Source: an uncultured virus (IMG/VR IMGVR_UViG_2579779073_000002)
Taxonomy: Duplodnaviria > Heunggongvirae > Uroviricota > Caudoviricetes
IMG/VR virus record: IMGVR_UViG_2579779073_000002
DNA length: 64,000 nt
Reading direction: 5' to 3' (one strand)
Shown: positions 18,839 through 27,701 of the stretch, piece after piece
Layout: each line of letters begins with the position of its first letter
How positions within the stretch are numbered: position 1 is the first letter of the stretch
Program-made: the position numbers and the translations under genes
Notes under the pieces: generated by a model
The model's input: only the letters and a program-made list of their open reading frames with translations
The model's database searches: none
Told to the model about the DNA's origin: nothing

Positions 18839-19939
18839 ATGAGTTTTTTCGTTAAAAGCAGTACCACCAGTGGCACGCATGATCCGGTGGCCGACGCCTT
18901 GGTTAGTTTATCAAGTAACGACCCATATACGTTTGTGAGTGCGGCGGTGTTACGTAATAGTGACATTTACGCGGCGATTAATATTATTGCGAGCGATATT
19001 GCCAGCAATCCGATTATGTGCGATACGGCGATCTTTAATACAATGATTAATCAGAATCCCAATAGTCAGATGGACGGGTACCATTTCAAATATGCGTTGG
19101 CGGCTAACCTGTTACTCAATGGTAATAGTTTTGCGGAGATTTTGCCTAATCACACGCTTAAATTTGTGCAAAACAAACAATTGACGGTTGAACAAGATGA
19201 CGTCAGTGGGGCGTTGACCTACACCTATACCCCGATTAGCGGTAACAGTCGTCAGATCGCGCCTAACAACATTTTACATTTTAAATATTTCACCAAAGAC
19301 GGTGTATCGGGGATTAGCCCCTTATATGCCCTCAAAGATGAACGCCAGATTCAGTCGGCCGGCAATAAATTGCTAACCGGCTTTTTTACTGCTGGCGTGC
19401 ATGGCACCACGATTATTAAAGTCCATCAATCTGATTTAGGGCCGGAAGCCAAAGGCAATATTCGCAACCAGTTTGATGAAGCCAATACGGGTGATAACGC
19501 GATCAACACGATTGTGACCGATGACACCATGGACATTAGTAACTTATCCTTAAATACCGATGTGTTAAAACTGGTCAACTCGAATGACTGGACGACCCGA
19601 CAAATTGCTAAGGCTTTTGGCTTACCGCCGGAGCGCTTAGGGGTTGAAAACGATCATTCTAACCAAGAGCAAAGTGGCGTGCAGTATCTTCAAGGGACAT
19701 TACAGCATTACTTTGATAGCTTTACCAGCGAGCTATCGTTCAAGCTTGGTCATGACTTTACGTTTAACACGGACAAGTTATTGAGCCTTGACCCGCAAAC
19801 TCAGCAAGCCCAAGCGGTGGCTGGTTTCACGGGTGGCATTATGAGCCGCAATGAAGCTCGGGCCAAGATTGGCTTGCCACCAACTGACGATGGCAATATT
19901 TTCCTAAACTTACAAAAGAATGGAGTGGATAATTCATGA
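18839..19939 (+). CDS. Portal protein (HK97 type)
   Basis: LLLNGNSF, ILHFK...GISP, IAKAFGLPP, NEARAKIGLPP. Confidence 0.92.
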   Translation: MSFFVKSSTTSGTHDPVADALVSLSSNDPYTFVSAAVLRNSDIYAAINIIASDIASNPIMCDTAIFNTMINQNPNSQMDGYHFKYALAANLLLNGNSFAEILPNHTLKFVQNKQLTVEQDDVSGALTYTYTPISGNSRQIAPNNILHFKYFTKDGVSGISPLYALKDERQIQSAGNKLLTGFFTAGVHGTTIIKVHQSDLGPEAKGNIRNQFDEANTGDNAINTIVTDDTMDISNLSLNTDVLKLVNSNDWTTRQIAKAFGLPPERLGVENDHSNQEQSGVQYLQGTLQHYFDSFTSELSFKLGHDFTFNTDKLLSLDPQTQQAQAVAGFTGGIMSRNEARAKIGLPPTDDGNIFLNLQKNGVDNS

Positions 19940-21477
19940 AACAAGACCGACGGTTAACGATTGACGCCGAATTGCGAGCACAAACGCCACAGTTAGAAAC
20001 ACCCGAAGACGGGCCAGCTGAAAATTCAGCAGACCCGCAACCTAAAGGTTTCCAAACAAGCAAGGGTAAAACAATTAGTGGTTATGCAATTGTATGGAAC
20101 TCACCAAGCAAAGACTTAGGTGGCTTCACTGAGGTTGTTACCCCCAAAGCCCTTGATGGTGTCGATTTATCAAACGTTCTTATGCTTAATAACCACGACT
20201 ACACTCAAGTGTTAGCCAGTGCCAAGGCGGGCACGTTAACGCTAGAAACGGACGACAAGGGGCTACATTTCACCGCGCAGTTGCCGAATACGTCGTTTGC
20301 TAATGACGTCTACGAAGAAGTTCAGAGTGGGAATGTTGATTCCTGTTCATTTGGCTTTGATAGTGACGACGACACCGACGAATGGACTAAAGATGATGGT
20401 GGTAATATCACGCGCACCATTAATCAAGTTAAGAGTTTGTTCGACGTGTCGGTGGTAGCTGTTCCCGCTTATGACGATACAAATGTGCAAGTTGATACCC
20501 GTAGCTACGAAAAATTTATTAACCAAGAAAAGGAGCCTGACAACATGGCAAAACAAACAATTATTGATCCTAACAGCAATGACAATGGTAACGAAAGCAA
20601 AACCGGTATTCCCGCCTTTGAACAATATGTGCGGACACACGGGGAAACACGGGACGGTTTAAAGACTGACGGTGCCAGTGCGGTTATTCCTAAAGAACTG
20701 ATTACCCCCGTTTTCCAATTAAAACAATCCAATTACAACCTCGCCCAATATGCGACGGTTAAGCAAGTTTCTAGTGGTTCCGGTACTTATCCAATTGCCA
20801 CCAGCCAACAATCTGCGGTACTGGCTACTAAGGACGAATTAGCCGATATTGCCGATGTTGACGCGAATATGTTTACGGAAGTGCCGTTTGATGTAAAGAC
20901 CCGGGCGGGTAAGATTGCCTTATCTAATGAAGTGGTGGAAGACGCCGAAGTGGATATTGTTAGCGAAGTTAAAACCCAATTGCAACAACTGGTTGATAAC
21001 ACGGACAACACGCAGATTATGAGCTTGTTAACTGGTAGCAACTTTACTAAAGCAACGGCAACCAGTATTGATGATCTTAAAAAGATTTTCAATGTGACGT
21101 TAGATCCCGCCTTGAGCAAAATGTGGCTAGTGAACCAATCCGGGTTCAATTACCTTGATACCTTGAAGGATTCCGAAGGCCGTTACTTATTACAGCCGAA
21201 CCCAACGGCACCCAGTGGGTTCACCTTGTTAGGGGCACCAGTCGTCATGATTAGTGACAAGTTACTGGCCAACAACGCCGACGGGACGTTCCCAATGATT
21301 GCGGGGGACTTATCACAAGCCGTGGCTGTCTTCCGGCGTAACCAAGTAACCGCCCAATGGGACAAGTTCGACCAGTTCAGTCAAGGGCTTTCCGTCATTG
21401 TGCGGAATGATTATGAAGTGATTGACAAGACCGCTGTAATTAATGTGGCGTTAGGAACTGCAACTGCTGGTAAATAG
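19936..21477 (+). CDS. Fused HK97 prohead protease + major capsid protein
   Basis: ISGYAIVWN..NHD..CSFGF..DVSVVAVPAY protease, then VIPKEL..DSEGRYLLQP..TLLGAPV capsid. Confidence 0.9.
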   Translation: MKQDRRLTIDAELRAQTPQLETPEDGPAENSADPQPKGFQTSKGKTISGYAIVWNSPSKDLGGFTEVVTPKALDGVDLSNVLMLNNHDYTQVLASAKAGTLTLETDDKGLHFTAQLPNTSFANDVYEEVQSGNVDSCSFGFDSDDDTDEWTKDDGGNITRTINQVKSLFDVSVVAVPAYDDTNVQVDTRSYEKFINQEKEPDNMAKQTIIDPNSNDNGNESKTGIPAFEQYVRTHGETRDGLKTDGASAVIPKELITPVFQLKQSNYNLAQYATVKQVSSGSGTYPIATSQQSAVLATKDELADIADVDANMFTEVPFDVKTRAGKIALSNEVVEDAEVDIVSEVKTQLQQLVDNTDNTQIMSLLTGSNFTKATATSIDDLKKIFNVTLDPALSKMWLVNQSGFNYLDTLKDSEGRYLLQPNPTAPSGFTLLGAPVVMISDKLLANNADGTFPMIAGDLSQAVAVFRRNQVTAQWDKFDQFSQGLSVIVRNDYEVIDKTAVINVALGTATAGK

Positions 21478-21578
21478 GAAGACAAAGTAAGTGGAATTTC
21501 AAACAACAAGTGATAGTATGATGATAATGCTTATCAGATTTTAATGGAACGTGCAGCTATAATTTTAGGAGTGATTTC

Positions 21579-21689
21579 ATGAAGAACACATTTATCCTTG
21601 CATACAGTGGTATTATCATCACGTATGTATTCGCCGCATATGTTGCTTTTAAAGTGTTTGAGGTAATCTATTATGCTATGACTTGGTAA
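21579..21689 (+). CDS. 36-aa hydrophobic peptide (MKNTFILAYSGIIITYVFAAYVAFKVFEVIYYAMTW)
   Basis: AGGAGTG RBS; ends at a terminator; hand translation. Confidence 0.55.
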   Translation: MKNTFILAYSGIIITYVFAAYVAFKVFEVIYYAMTW

Positions 21690-21690
21690 T

Positions 21691-21723
21691 AAAAAGGCCG
21701 TGACTTCAAGGTCACGGCCTTTT
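21691..21723. terminator. Bidirectional terminator
   Basis: AAAAAGGCCGTGAC / GTCACGGCCTTTTT. Confidence 0.85.
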
Positions 21724-21746
21724 ATGATAAATATGTGTTTTGGAGA

Positions 21747-21818
21747 CTGCCCGGGCTGGGATCGAACCAGCGATCTCTTGATTAACAGTCAATTATTCTA
21801 CCGCTGAACTACCGGGCA
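21747..21818 (-). tRNA. Satellite-encoded tRNA-Asn(GTT)
   Basis: Acceptor TGCCCGG/CCGGGCA, anticodon loop CTGTTAA, T-loop TTCGATC; one mismatch at the top of the anticodon stem. Confidence 0.75.
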
Positions 21819-21886
21819 ATGAGTACTCTATATTTATACCATATAATTTTATGAGAGTAAAGTTAAACTTATGAGGAAGTGATTAG

Positions 21887-22156
21887 TTGGCAGTGACTGT
21901 AGACGACATTAAACTAAGCCTGCGAATTGATGTAACTGAAGATGATCCAATGATTCAAAGTTATTTAGACGCCGCCAAGGACTACGTGCAGACGGCTGTT
22001 AGCAAGAATGAAGATCTGACTGTCTACAAACAGTACGATTTTGCGGTGTCCTTGCTGACACAATTCTGGTATCAAAACAGAGTAACTGATATGACAAAGA
22101 CACCGTATCAAGTTGTCAGTATGATTCAACAACTGCGTGGAAAAATTGAAGCTTAG
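21887..22156 (+). CDS. Head-tail connector (HK97 gp6-like)
   Basis: IKLSLRID..EDD..IQSYLDAA...WYQNR. Confidence 0.85.
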   Translation: MAVTVDDIKLSLRIDVTEDDPMIQSYLDAAKDYVQTAVSKNEDLTVYKQYDFAVSLLTQFWYQNRVTDMTKTPYQVVSMIQQLRGKIEA

Positions 22157-22303
22157 GTTTGACATATGAAATGATTGGTACTAAAATTAATGTTGTAATT
22201 TGTCCTAATATTACTTTCCCGTAATAACGGCGATTATCATATCCTATAGTGAGAGGCTCTCCCCCGAGCCTCTTTTTTATACATATATCTGGGATCAGAA
22301 AGT

Positions 22304-22684
22304 GTGATTCCGATGCGTCAAGATGTTAAGAAAATTCGTAATTTATTGAAGCAATATGCCAAACTAAAACGTGATTTGACGGCTTTTAATCAAGTTTCCA
22401 GCCCCTCATTCGATGGAGTGTCAAGCCATAGCAGCCGAAACGGCGCTGAAAGCCGCCTGATAAACCATGTTGACCTGTCTTACCAGCTAAAAGAAGTCGA
22501 AGACGCCCTAAATGCAATTGATGATCCACAATATCAATTTATTTTACATGATTACGTTATTGAGAAGCATTTCACCCGCAATGAAGCTTGTAACCAATTA
22601 TCGGTTAGTGTTAGCAAGTTTAATTATATGAAGAATGAAGCATTACACGCTTTTGCAAAATTTTACAGTGATCTAACGGTTTGA
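22304..22684 (+). CDS. ArpU/RinA-like late transcriptional activator
   Basis: VEDALNAIDD...C-terminal HTH...KNEALHAFA. Confidence 0.7.
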   Translation: MIPMRQDVKKIRNLLKQYAKLKRDLTAFNQVSSPSFDGVSSHSSRNGAESRLINHVDLSYQLKEVEDALNAIDDPQYQFILHDYVIEKHFTRNEACNQLSVSVSKFNYMKNEALHAFAKFYSDLTV

Positions 22685-22765
22685 ATGCTACTATAGCCCA
22701 ACTTCAACAATTTTACTGTATAATTAATAATGTGCAGTTAAATATTTACTGGAGTGTCCTTGTAA

Positions 22766-23071
22766 ATGAGTTATTTCATTAAAAAATGGTTTTTCGAAGT
22801 TACTGTAAATATTACATTGTTGATTATTCCAGCATATTTGATAACGTGTAGCATATTACAATATGGCCGCATGGCTTTCAGCTTGTCTATGCCGGTGACT
22901 GTTTATGGGCTAAATTTATTAGCGTTTAACTTTATGATTCTGTCAGTATTTGACTTTATTCAGTGGCCGTTTGATTATCATGAACCTAAAACTATAAGAA
23001 AGGTTATTTTTGTGATACACATTACTATTGCAGTCATTGCCTTGATAATAAGCGTTAGACTAATGGCCTAA
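22766..23071 (+). CDS. Accessory 3-TM membrane protein
   Basis: Three hydrophobic segments; AT-rich; upstream TATAAT. Confidence 0.6.
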   Translation: MSYFIKKWFFEVTVNITLLIIPAYLITCSILQYGRMAFSLSMPVTVYGLNLLAFNFMILSVFDFIQWPFDYHEPKTIRKVIFVIHITIAVIALIISVRLMA

Positions 23072-23160
23072 CGAAAAAAACTGCTAACCAAAGTTGGCTA
23101 ACAGTCACTACCCCGCGCAAGTATTAAGTCACTGGAAACAGTGGCTTTTTTGTTATATTT

Positions 23161-23182
23161 TTGGCTGTCCTTTTGGCTGACT
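23161..23182. repeat. Probable integrase arm-type site, right copy
   Basis: Identical to 9211-9232. Confidence 0.7.
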
Positions 23183-23281
23183 TTTAGTGAAAAGAGATGA
23201 CAATTAATGATAAACTAAAGTAATAAAAAAGCTGCAATCACGGTGTTTTTGACAACCAATGATAACAGCTGATAACGAATA

Positions 23282-23354
23282 TTGGGTATACTGGGCTCGA
23301 ACCAGTAAATTACGGATTCAGAGTCCGCTGCCTTACCAATTTGGCGAATACCCA
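23282..23354 (-). tRNA. tRNA-Gln(CTG); 3' end is the satellite att core
   Basis: Acceptor TGGGTAT/ATACCCA, anticodon loop CTCTGAA, T-loop TTCGAGC. Confidence 0.9.
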
Positions 23355-23473
23355 ATAACAACTACTTAATAGTAACTTTTCCAGCAAATACTGTCAAGAC
23401 TTTGCTGAAACTTTGTGTCTATTTTTTGCATTTTTGCTTGAATATCGTATCAGTTGGTGGCTAAACTAGTTAA

Positions 23474-23695
23474 ATGGAAGGTGAGTGTATGTCGAAGTCA
23501 GAATTAGATCATTTATTCGATCATCTGCGACAACAATTGATCGTATGGGCGGTCACGGCCATCGGATTAGCAGTTATGCGCAGCTTTTTGTTACCCCAAT
23601 TATTGACTTTCGTTTTTTGGTGTAGTGTGGCCTACTGTTTGCTCTTATTCGTTGGTTTAGTTGTTGTGACGATTTTTAGGTGGCAAAAATCTTAA
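23474..23695 (+). CDS. Small host membrane protein between the two tRNAs
   Basis: Two TM helices; GAAGGTG RBS suggests a start at the second Met. Confidence 0.6.
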   Translation: MEGECMSKSELDHLFDHLRQQLIVWAVTAIGLAVMRSFLLPQLLTFVFWCSVAYCLLLFVGLVVVTIFRWQKS

Positions 23696-23701
23696 TTATA
23701 T

Positions 23702-23730
23702 TTGACAAGCCGCTTATCATTCGGTAAGAT
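23702..23730 (+). promoter_or_regulatory. Sigma-A promoter of tRNA-Glu
   Basis: TTGACA-N17-TAAGAT. Confidence 0.75.
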
Positions 23731-23744
23731 AATAAATGAATTTG

Positions 23745-23817
23745 TGCCCGCTGGTCAAATTGGTTAAGACGTCGCCCTCTCAAGGCGGAGTTACGGGTTC
23801 GATCCCCGTGCGGGTGA
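23745..23817 (+). tRNA. tRNA-Glu(CTC); probable prophage attL at its 3' end
   Basis: Anticodon loop CTCTCAA, T-loop TTCGATC; integrase converges 230 bp downstream. Confidence 0.9.
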
Positions 23818-24046
23818 TAAGTTGACAAATATAGAGAAACGACAAAGCACCAAAACGCTGATATAAAGGCGTTTTGGTGCTTTTGTTTTACACTCGGAAA
23901 CCACTCAAATACGATATGTTCTTCCACGATTCTTCCAAAAACGAAAAAAGTAGCCAAAATATAGCAGTTCTTGGAAGAAAAATTAACAAATGATTTTGTA
24001 ATCCCTTGCGGCACAAGGACTACAGCAATCATAAAATTATCATTTT

Positions 24047-25168
24047 TTAAAATCCTTCGTCCATTAGCTCGGTAGCCTTCTTATCTGACACGCCGTTTTC
24101 TTCTTCAATAAGATGGACGTAGGTGTTAACGGTCGTTTCTAGTTTTTGATGTCGAAGGCGATGTTGAACATAGGGAAGGGACTCATGATTTAAGATAAGA
24201 ATCGAAGCGTGTGTGTGCCTCATGGCGTGTGTTGTAACTTTGTTGATCTTTAGACGGGTACAAATACGTCCTAGCTCTTCGTTTGCATTCCCATTGCCCA
24301 CGATTTTTCCTAGTTTAGACCAAAATACGAGGTTCTTAGGATTCTTCATTTCGTGTAGTTCTAAATAATCTTTCTGTGTGATGCGATAGGCCCTCATAAA
24401 ACGACAGTAGGCGGGCCCTATGGTTATATCTCCATCGGCCTGTCCATTTCCCTTAGTTGGACGAAAATTCTGTCTACGGGCGTCCCACTGCTGTTTAATG
24501 TGAACTATTCCATTATTCAAATCCAAATTATCCCACGTCAGACCAGCAGCTTCCTCGAACCTGGTTCCAGTTTCTAATTGAAACAGCATCATCAGCATAG
24601 TCATGTGGTCATAATCAGCTGTTTTAATGAGGTATTTACGCAGCTTCTTATAATCTGACAACGTCAAATACTTTTCCTCTACGGGCTTAGGAGGGCGTCC
24701 AGTGACGTGCGCCTTGTAAGCAAAGTCACGTTTTAGAATACCATCAGCTACGGCGTCCTTGATTGCAGTGTGTACTTGTTGATGAAGCTTGTGAGATGTG
24801 GCAATTCCGTGACTGCGGCCAAATTCATTCAGGAACTTCTGGTAATCTTGGCGTTTAATTGAGCTCATAGGTTTATCCTTAAAATAGGCAGAGACGTGGC
24901 GCCAGTTGCCCATATATAGCTCGTGGGTATGACGCGATACGCCGTCAGTTTTGTAAATTCTGATCCAATCAAGAAAGTAGTGCTTTAGACTCTCGGTGCT
25001 ACGTGATAAGTCAGCACCTTCCAGCAGAGCATTTTTAGTTTTAGTTTCCCACTCAACAGCGTCGGTTTTGCGCTTTTCTAAATGGGTAACCGATTTATAA
25101 TTACCGTCATCATCCTTATAAGAGACACGGGCTTGCCATTTACCATTATTAAGTTTGGTTACTGACAT
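24047..25168 (-). CDS. int: Prophage tyrosine integrase
   Basis: TGTRFEE, HAMRHTHAS, RLRHQKLETTVNTY. Confidence 0.95.
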   Translation of the reverse strand: MSVTKLNNGKWQARVSYKDDDGNYKSVTHLEKRKTDAVEWETKTKNALLEGADLSRSTESLKHYFLDWIRIYKTDGVSRHTHELYMGNWRHVSAYFKDKPMSSIKRQDYQKFLNEFGRSHGIATSHKLHQQVHTAIKDAVADGILKRDFAYKAHVTGRPPKPVEEKYLTLSDYKKLRKYLIKTADYDHMTMLMMLFQLETGTRFEEAAGLTWDNLDLNNGIVHIKQQWDARRQNFRPTKGNGQADGDITIGPAYCRFMRAYRITQKDYLELHEMKNPKNLVFWSKLGKIVGNGNANEELGRICTRLKINKVTTHAMRHTHASILILNHESLPYVQHRLRHQKLETTVNTYVHLIEEENGVSDKKATELMDEGF

Positions 25169-25212
25169 GTTTTATTCCTCCCAACTGGAAATAATAATAG
25201 GCTGACATTTCC

Positions 25213-25224
25213 AAACGTATGTTC
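25213..25224. promoter_or_regulatory. LexA/SOS-box-like site upstream of int
   Basis: GAACATACGTTT on the minus strand, one mismatch to Firmicute GAAC-N4-GTTC. Confidence 0.45.
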
Positions 25225-25315
25225 TTTTATGTGCTAAAATAAAAGCACTAAAGTAGTAAAGTGCTGTTTATTTTATATATGATATGTGTAATCATATGTA
25301 AGTGGAAGAAAGGAA

Positions 25316-25540
25316 GTGAAGGTTATGAAGAAGGTAGTAGCATATCTTATGTTAACGTCAATGGAGTCGACATTCATTGCATTAATACTGTGGCCGCTAA
25401 TTCATAGCTATATTCCCTTTGCCATTTGGATATTTTCCATTCTTGTTATTCCAATATTTATTTCTCTGGTTCCTGATCATTCTCTGGCTTTTCCTTCGAT
25501 TTTAGGTTTTCGTGTGAAATTACGGTTCCAACATCCTTGA
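25316..25540 (+). CDS. Small 2-TM protein, antisense to the lysogeny arm
   Basis: AAAGGAAG RBS; hydrophobic; overlaps the 3' end of 25458-26552. Confidence 0.45.
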   Translation: MKVMKKVVAYLMLTSMESTFIALILWPLIHSYIPFAIWIFSILVIPIFISLVPDHSLAFPSILGFRVKLRFQHP

Positions 25541-26552
25541 TCTGAGGTTTGATATTCTTCACTTCATCAGGAACATTTTTTGTTTCTTGTTTGAGACGTT
25601 TAAGTTCGGCCTTCTTTTGTATGTGCGAGATTCGGTAATCATCCCACCAATTCAGAATGCCTTTTTTCTTCCCCTCTTTCCCAATTACTAAAGAGATTAA
25701 AGTAACAATTCCACCAAAAGTAATTACTTGATTCCCTCCAAGACTAGCTACTGTGTGAATGATGTTTATAATTGCTTGTATGTTTTCCTGACCAGTTATA
25801 AATCCTAAGGTGCCCGGACAATGAACGTCTGCTTGTAGTTCTACTTGGTGTAAATAATTAGACTGTTCGTCTTTTGCCATTTCGACAATACCTTGCCAAT
25901 TTGCAAGAGTTAAATCGTCTTCTAATGTGGTGTAGACGGTTAAATGAATTTTTTTATGTTTTTGAAAAAGAGGAAATATTAAAGGATCAATGTATTCCGC
26001 GTAACTTGAAATGTTAAAAATTGCTTGATGTGCAGACAAAATCCAATAAAGTTCGCCGGGGAGTGATGATCTTTGTATTGTTTTCATCCATGTAACGTTT
26101 CGCCGTTTTAGATTTTGATCGACTTTATATTGAATTCCATTGGGTCCAGAGTTTTCTTTTTTTGTTCTTAATTTTGATTTATCAGCATCGAATGGATCTC
26201 CTGTAATAACACCTATTGCAAAATAATCAGAACTTTTACCAGGCGTAAGAACAACATCTCCAATTTTCATGTTATTAATAAATTCAAAACATTGAGACGA
26301 GGCAATCGTCTGCCAATGTTTGGTTTGATGGGGATAAGAATCAATGTACATTTGATGGATATCTGGTTTTTTTAGACCATCTTTGGGGCTATCATCGGAG
26401 TGGATTGACTCGATAGTTACCTGATTATGTGCAATCGAAATGAAAGAATTTTCAATGTAGTCATCTAGATATTTTCCACCATCAGCACGAACTAACCAGT
26501 AACTTGTGTCATCTGGAATTGTTAAAATTTCAAAAGTACCTTTATTATTCAT
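25458..26552 (-). CDS. 364-aa accessory protein with EVE/PUA-like N-terminal domain (candidate defence protein)
   Basis: YWLVRADGG, FINNMKIGDVVLTP and RNVTW motifs resemble N-termini of modification-dependent restriction proteins; AT-rich. Confidence 0.55.
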   Translation of the reverse strand: MNNKGTFEILTIPDDTSYWLVRADGGKYLDDYIENSFISIAHNQVTIESIHSDDSPKDGLKKPDIHQMYIDSYPHQTKHWQTIASSQCFEFINNMKIGDVVLTPGKSSDYFAIGVITGDPFDADKSKLRTKKENSGPNGIQYKVDQNLKRRNVTWMKTIQRSSLPGELYWILSAHQAIFNISSYAEYIDPLIFPLFQKHKKIHLTVYTTLEDDLTLANWQGIVEMAKDEQSNYLHQVELQADVHCPGTLGFITGQENIQAIINIIHTVASLGGNQVITFGGIVTLISLVIGKEGKKKGILNWWDDYRISHIQKKAELKRLKQETKNVPDEVKNIKPQIKDVGTVISHENLKSKEKPENDQEPEK

Positions 26553-26619
26553 ACTTTAATCCCCGCATTAGTATATACAATATTAATTTGATTTTTGTTA
26601 AAATAAATTTTTTTTACAA

Positions 26620-26690
26620 AGCGAGTGACGGGAATCGGACCCGCGACTACAGCTTGGAAGGCTGTCGTTTTACCACTAAACTACACTCGC
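26620..26690 (-). tRNA. tRNA-Gly(TCC), variant T-loop TCCGATT
   Basis: Acceptor GCGAGTG/CACTCGC, anticodon arm ACAGC-CTTCCAA-GCTGT. Confidence 0.8.
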
Positions 26691-26747
26691 ATAAGAGCCA
26701 ACAATGGGTTTTGGTCGGCTCAACAGTTAATTAGAATGTACCTACAA

Positions 26748-26924
26748 TTATTTTTGCTTAAGACGATCAACCATATCTTTTTCCATTCCTTGGATTATGC
26801 GGCCACATTCTTTCCTTGAGTAGCTATCTTTTGTAAGATAAACGAAAGCATACAGATTAATAAAAGAGGTTAAGTCATTAGTAATGTTATCTATGAGTTC
26901 ATATTTCGACATATCTTTATCCAT
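26748..26924 (-). CDS. 58-aa hypothetical protein (MDKDMSKYELIDNITNDLTSFINLYAFVYLTKDSYSRKECGRIIQGMEKDMVDRLKQK)
   Basis: AAGAAGGT RBS; fills the gap between two tRNA-like elements. Confidence 0.6.
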   Translation of the reverse strand: MDKDMSKYELIDNITNDLTSFINLYAFVYLTKDSYSRKECGRIIQGMEKDMVDRLKQK

Positions 26925-26948
26925 AATCTTACCTTCTTTCTTTTAAAA

Positions 26949-27034
26949 GTGGGTGGCAGGGATTGAACCTACATAACAATTTCAAACGAGAGAGAAGGGC
27001 TGAAATCGTTATTCTACCATTGAATTACGCCCAC
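26949..27034 (-). ncRNA. tRNA-scaffold RNA A, 38-nt insert replacing the anticodon arm
   Basis: Acceptor GTGGGCG/CACCCAC, D-arm ATTC-AATGGTA-GAAT, T-arm GTAGG-TTCAATC-CCTGC. Confidence 0.7.
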
Positions 27035-27082
27035 GTGATGTAGGTACTAAAGTAAGCGGTAGTATGGGTTATTTGTTACAAT

Positions 27083-27173
27083 GCGAGCGGCAGGAGTCGA
27101 ACCTACATCAATATAGGATGTGAGACCTATGAGAAGTGTGCAAATAATTGTTCTACCGTTGAACTACACTCGC
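27083..27173 (-). ncRNA. tRNA-scaffold RNA B, 43-nt insert
   Basis: Acceptor GCGAGTG/CGCTCGC, D-arm GTTC-AACGGTA-GAAC, T-arm GTAGG-TTCGACT-CCTGC. Confidence 0.75.
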
Positions 27174-27198
27174 GTGAAAGCCCAATATGGGGTTGCTG

Positions 27199-27480
27199 TT
27201 ATACTTTTTTAATTGCGTCGCCGTAAACTATGATACTTTGTGCAGATAGCGATGCGTTACCACTGGGAGCTCGGGAAATACGATAGTTAGAGATTGCCGT
27301 ACCGCCAAGTTTAATAGCTTCTGACCACAAATCTTTTTGGGCTTTTTCTATTGCTGATCTAATCTCGCCTTTACCTAATGTTCCTGCATTAGCAATTCCT
27401 GTGACAATTCCAATTGGAACATAGTCGTCTGGGGTTTGACCAGTAATGATGAATTCTGGTTTTCGTTTCAACAATCCCAT
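27199..27480 (-). CDS. YbjQ/UPF0145 heavy-metal-binding-like protein
   Basis: PIGIVTG...KAQKDLWSEAIKLGGTAISNYRI...VYGDAIK; GAGGTG RBS before ATG 27480. Confidence 0.65.
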   Translation of the reverse strand: MGLLKRKPEFIITGQTPDDYVPIGIVTGIANAGTLGKGEIRSAIEKAQKDLWSEAIKLGGTAISNYRISRAPSGNASLSAQSIIVYGDAIKKV

Positions 27481-27535
27481 TTTGTCCACCTCTTAGTTGT
27501 AGTAATAATAATTTATTCCTCAGTAATGAGAAATA

Positions 27536-27588
27536 AATTATAAGTAATCCCGACCCTTAGCTTTTCATGACATCCTGACTGGTCAATG
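27536..27588 (-). repeat. 53-bp trailer motif 3' of scaffold C, repeated at 28469-28521 after scaffold D
   Basis: ATTGACCAGTCAGGATGTCAT(G/T)AAAAGCTA...GGGA(T/C)TACTTATAATT. Confidence 0.8.
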
Positions 27589-27672
27589 CGAGTGGCAGGA
27601 GTCGAACCTGCATCTGTTAGTATCTAGTTAGCAATTCAAAGGAGCACCGTTCTACCGTTGAACTACGCTCGC
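27588..27672 (-). ncRNA. tRNA-scaffold RNA C, 37-nt insert
   Basis: Acceptor GCGAGCG/CACTCGC, same D-arm, T-arm GCAGG-TTCGACT-CCTGC. Confidence 0.75.
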
Positions 27673-27701
27673 GTGAAAGCCCCGATGAGGGCTTGGACCT
27701 G

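Larger units (their letters stand above)
9124..23295. mobile_element. Phage satellite with capsid-forming PICI (cf-PICI) architecture integrated in tRNA-Gln
   Basis: 15-bp direct repeat at both ends; int, repressor, xis, prim-pol, VapE-like helicase, HNH, terS/L, portal, protease-capsid, connector and closure proteins; no tail or lysis genes. Confidence 0.85.
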
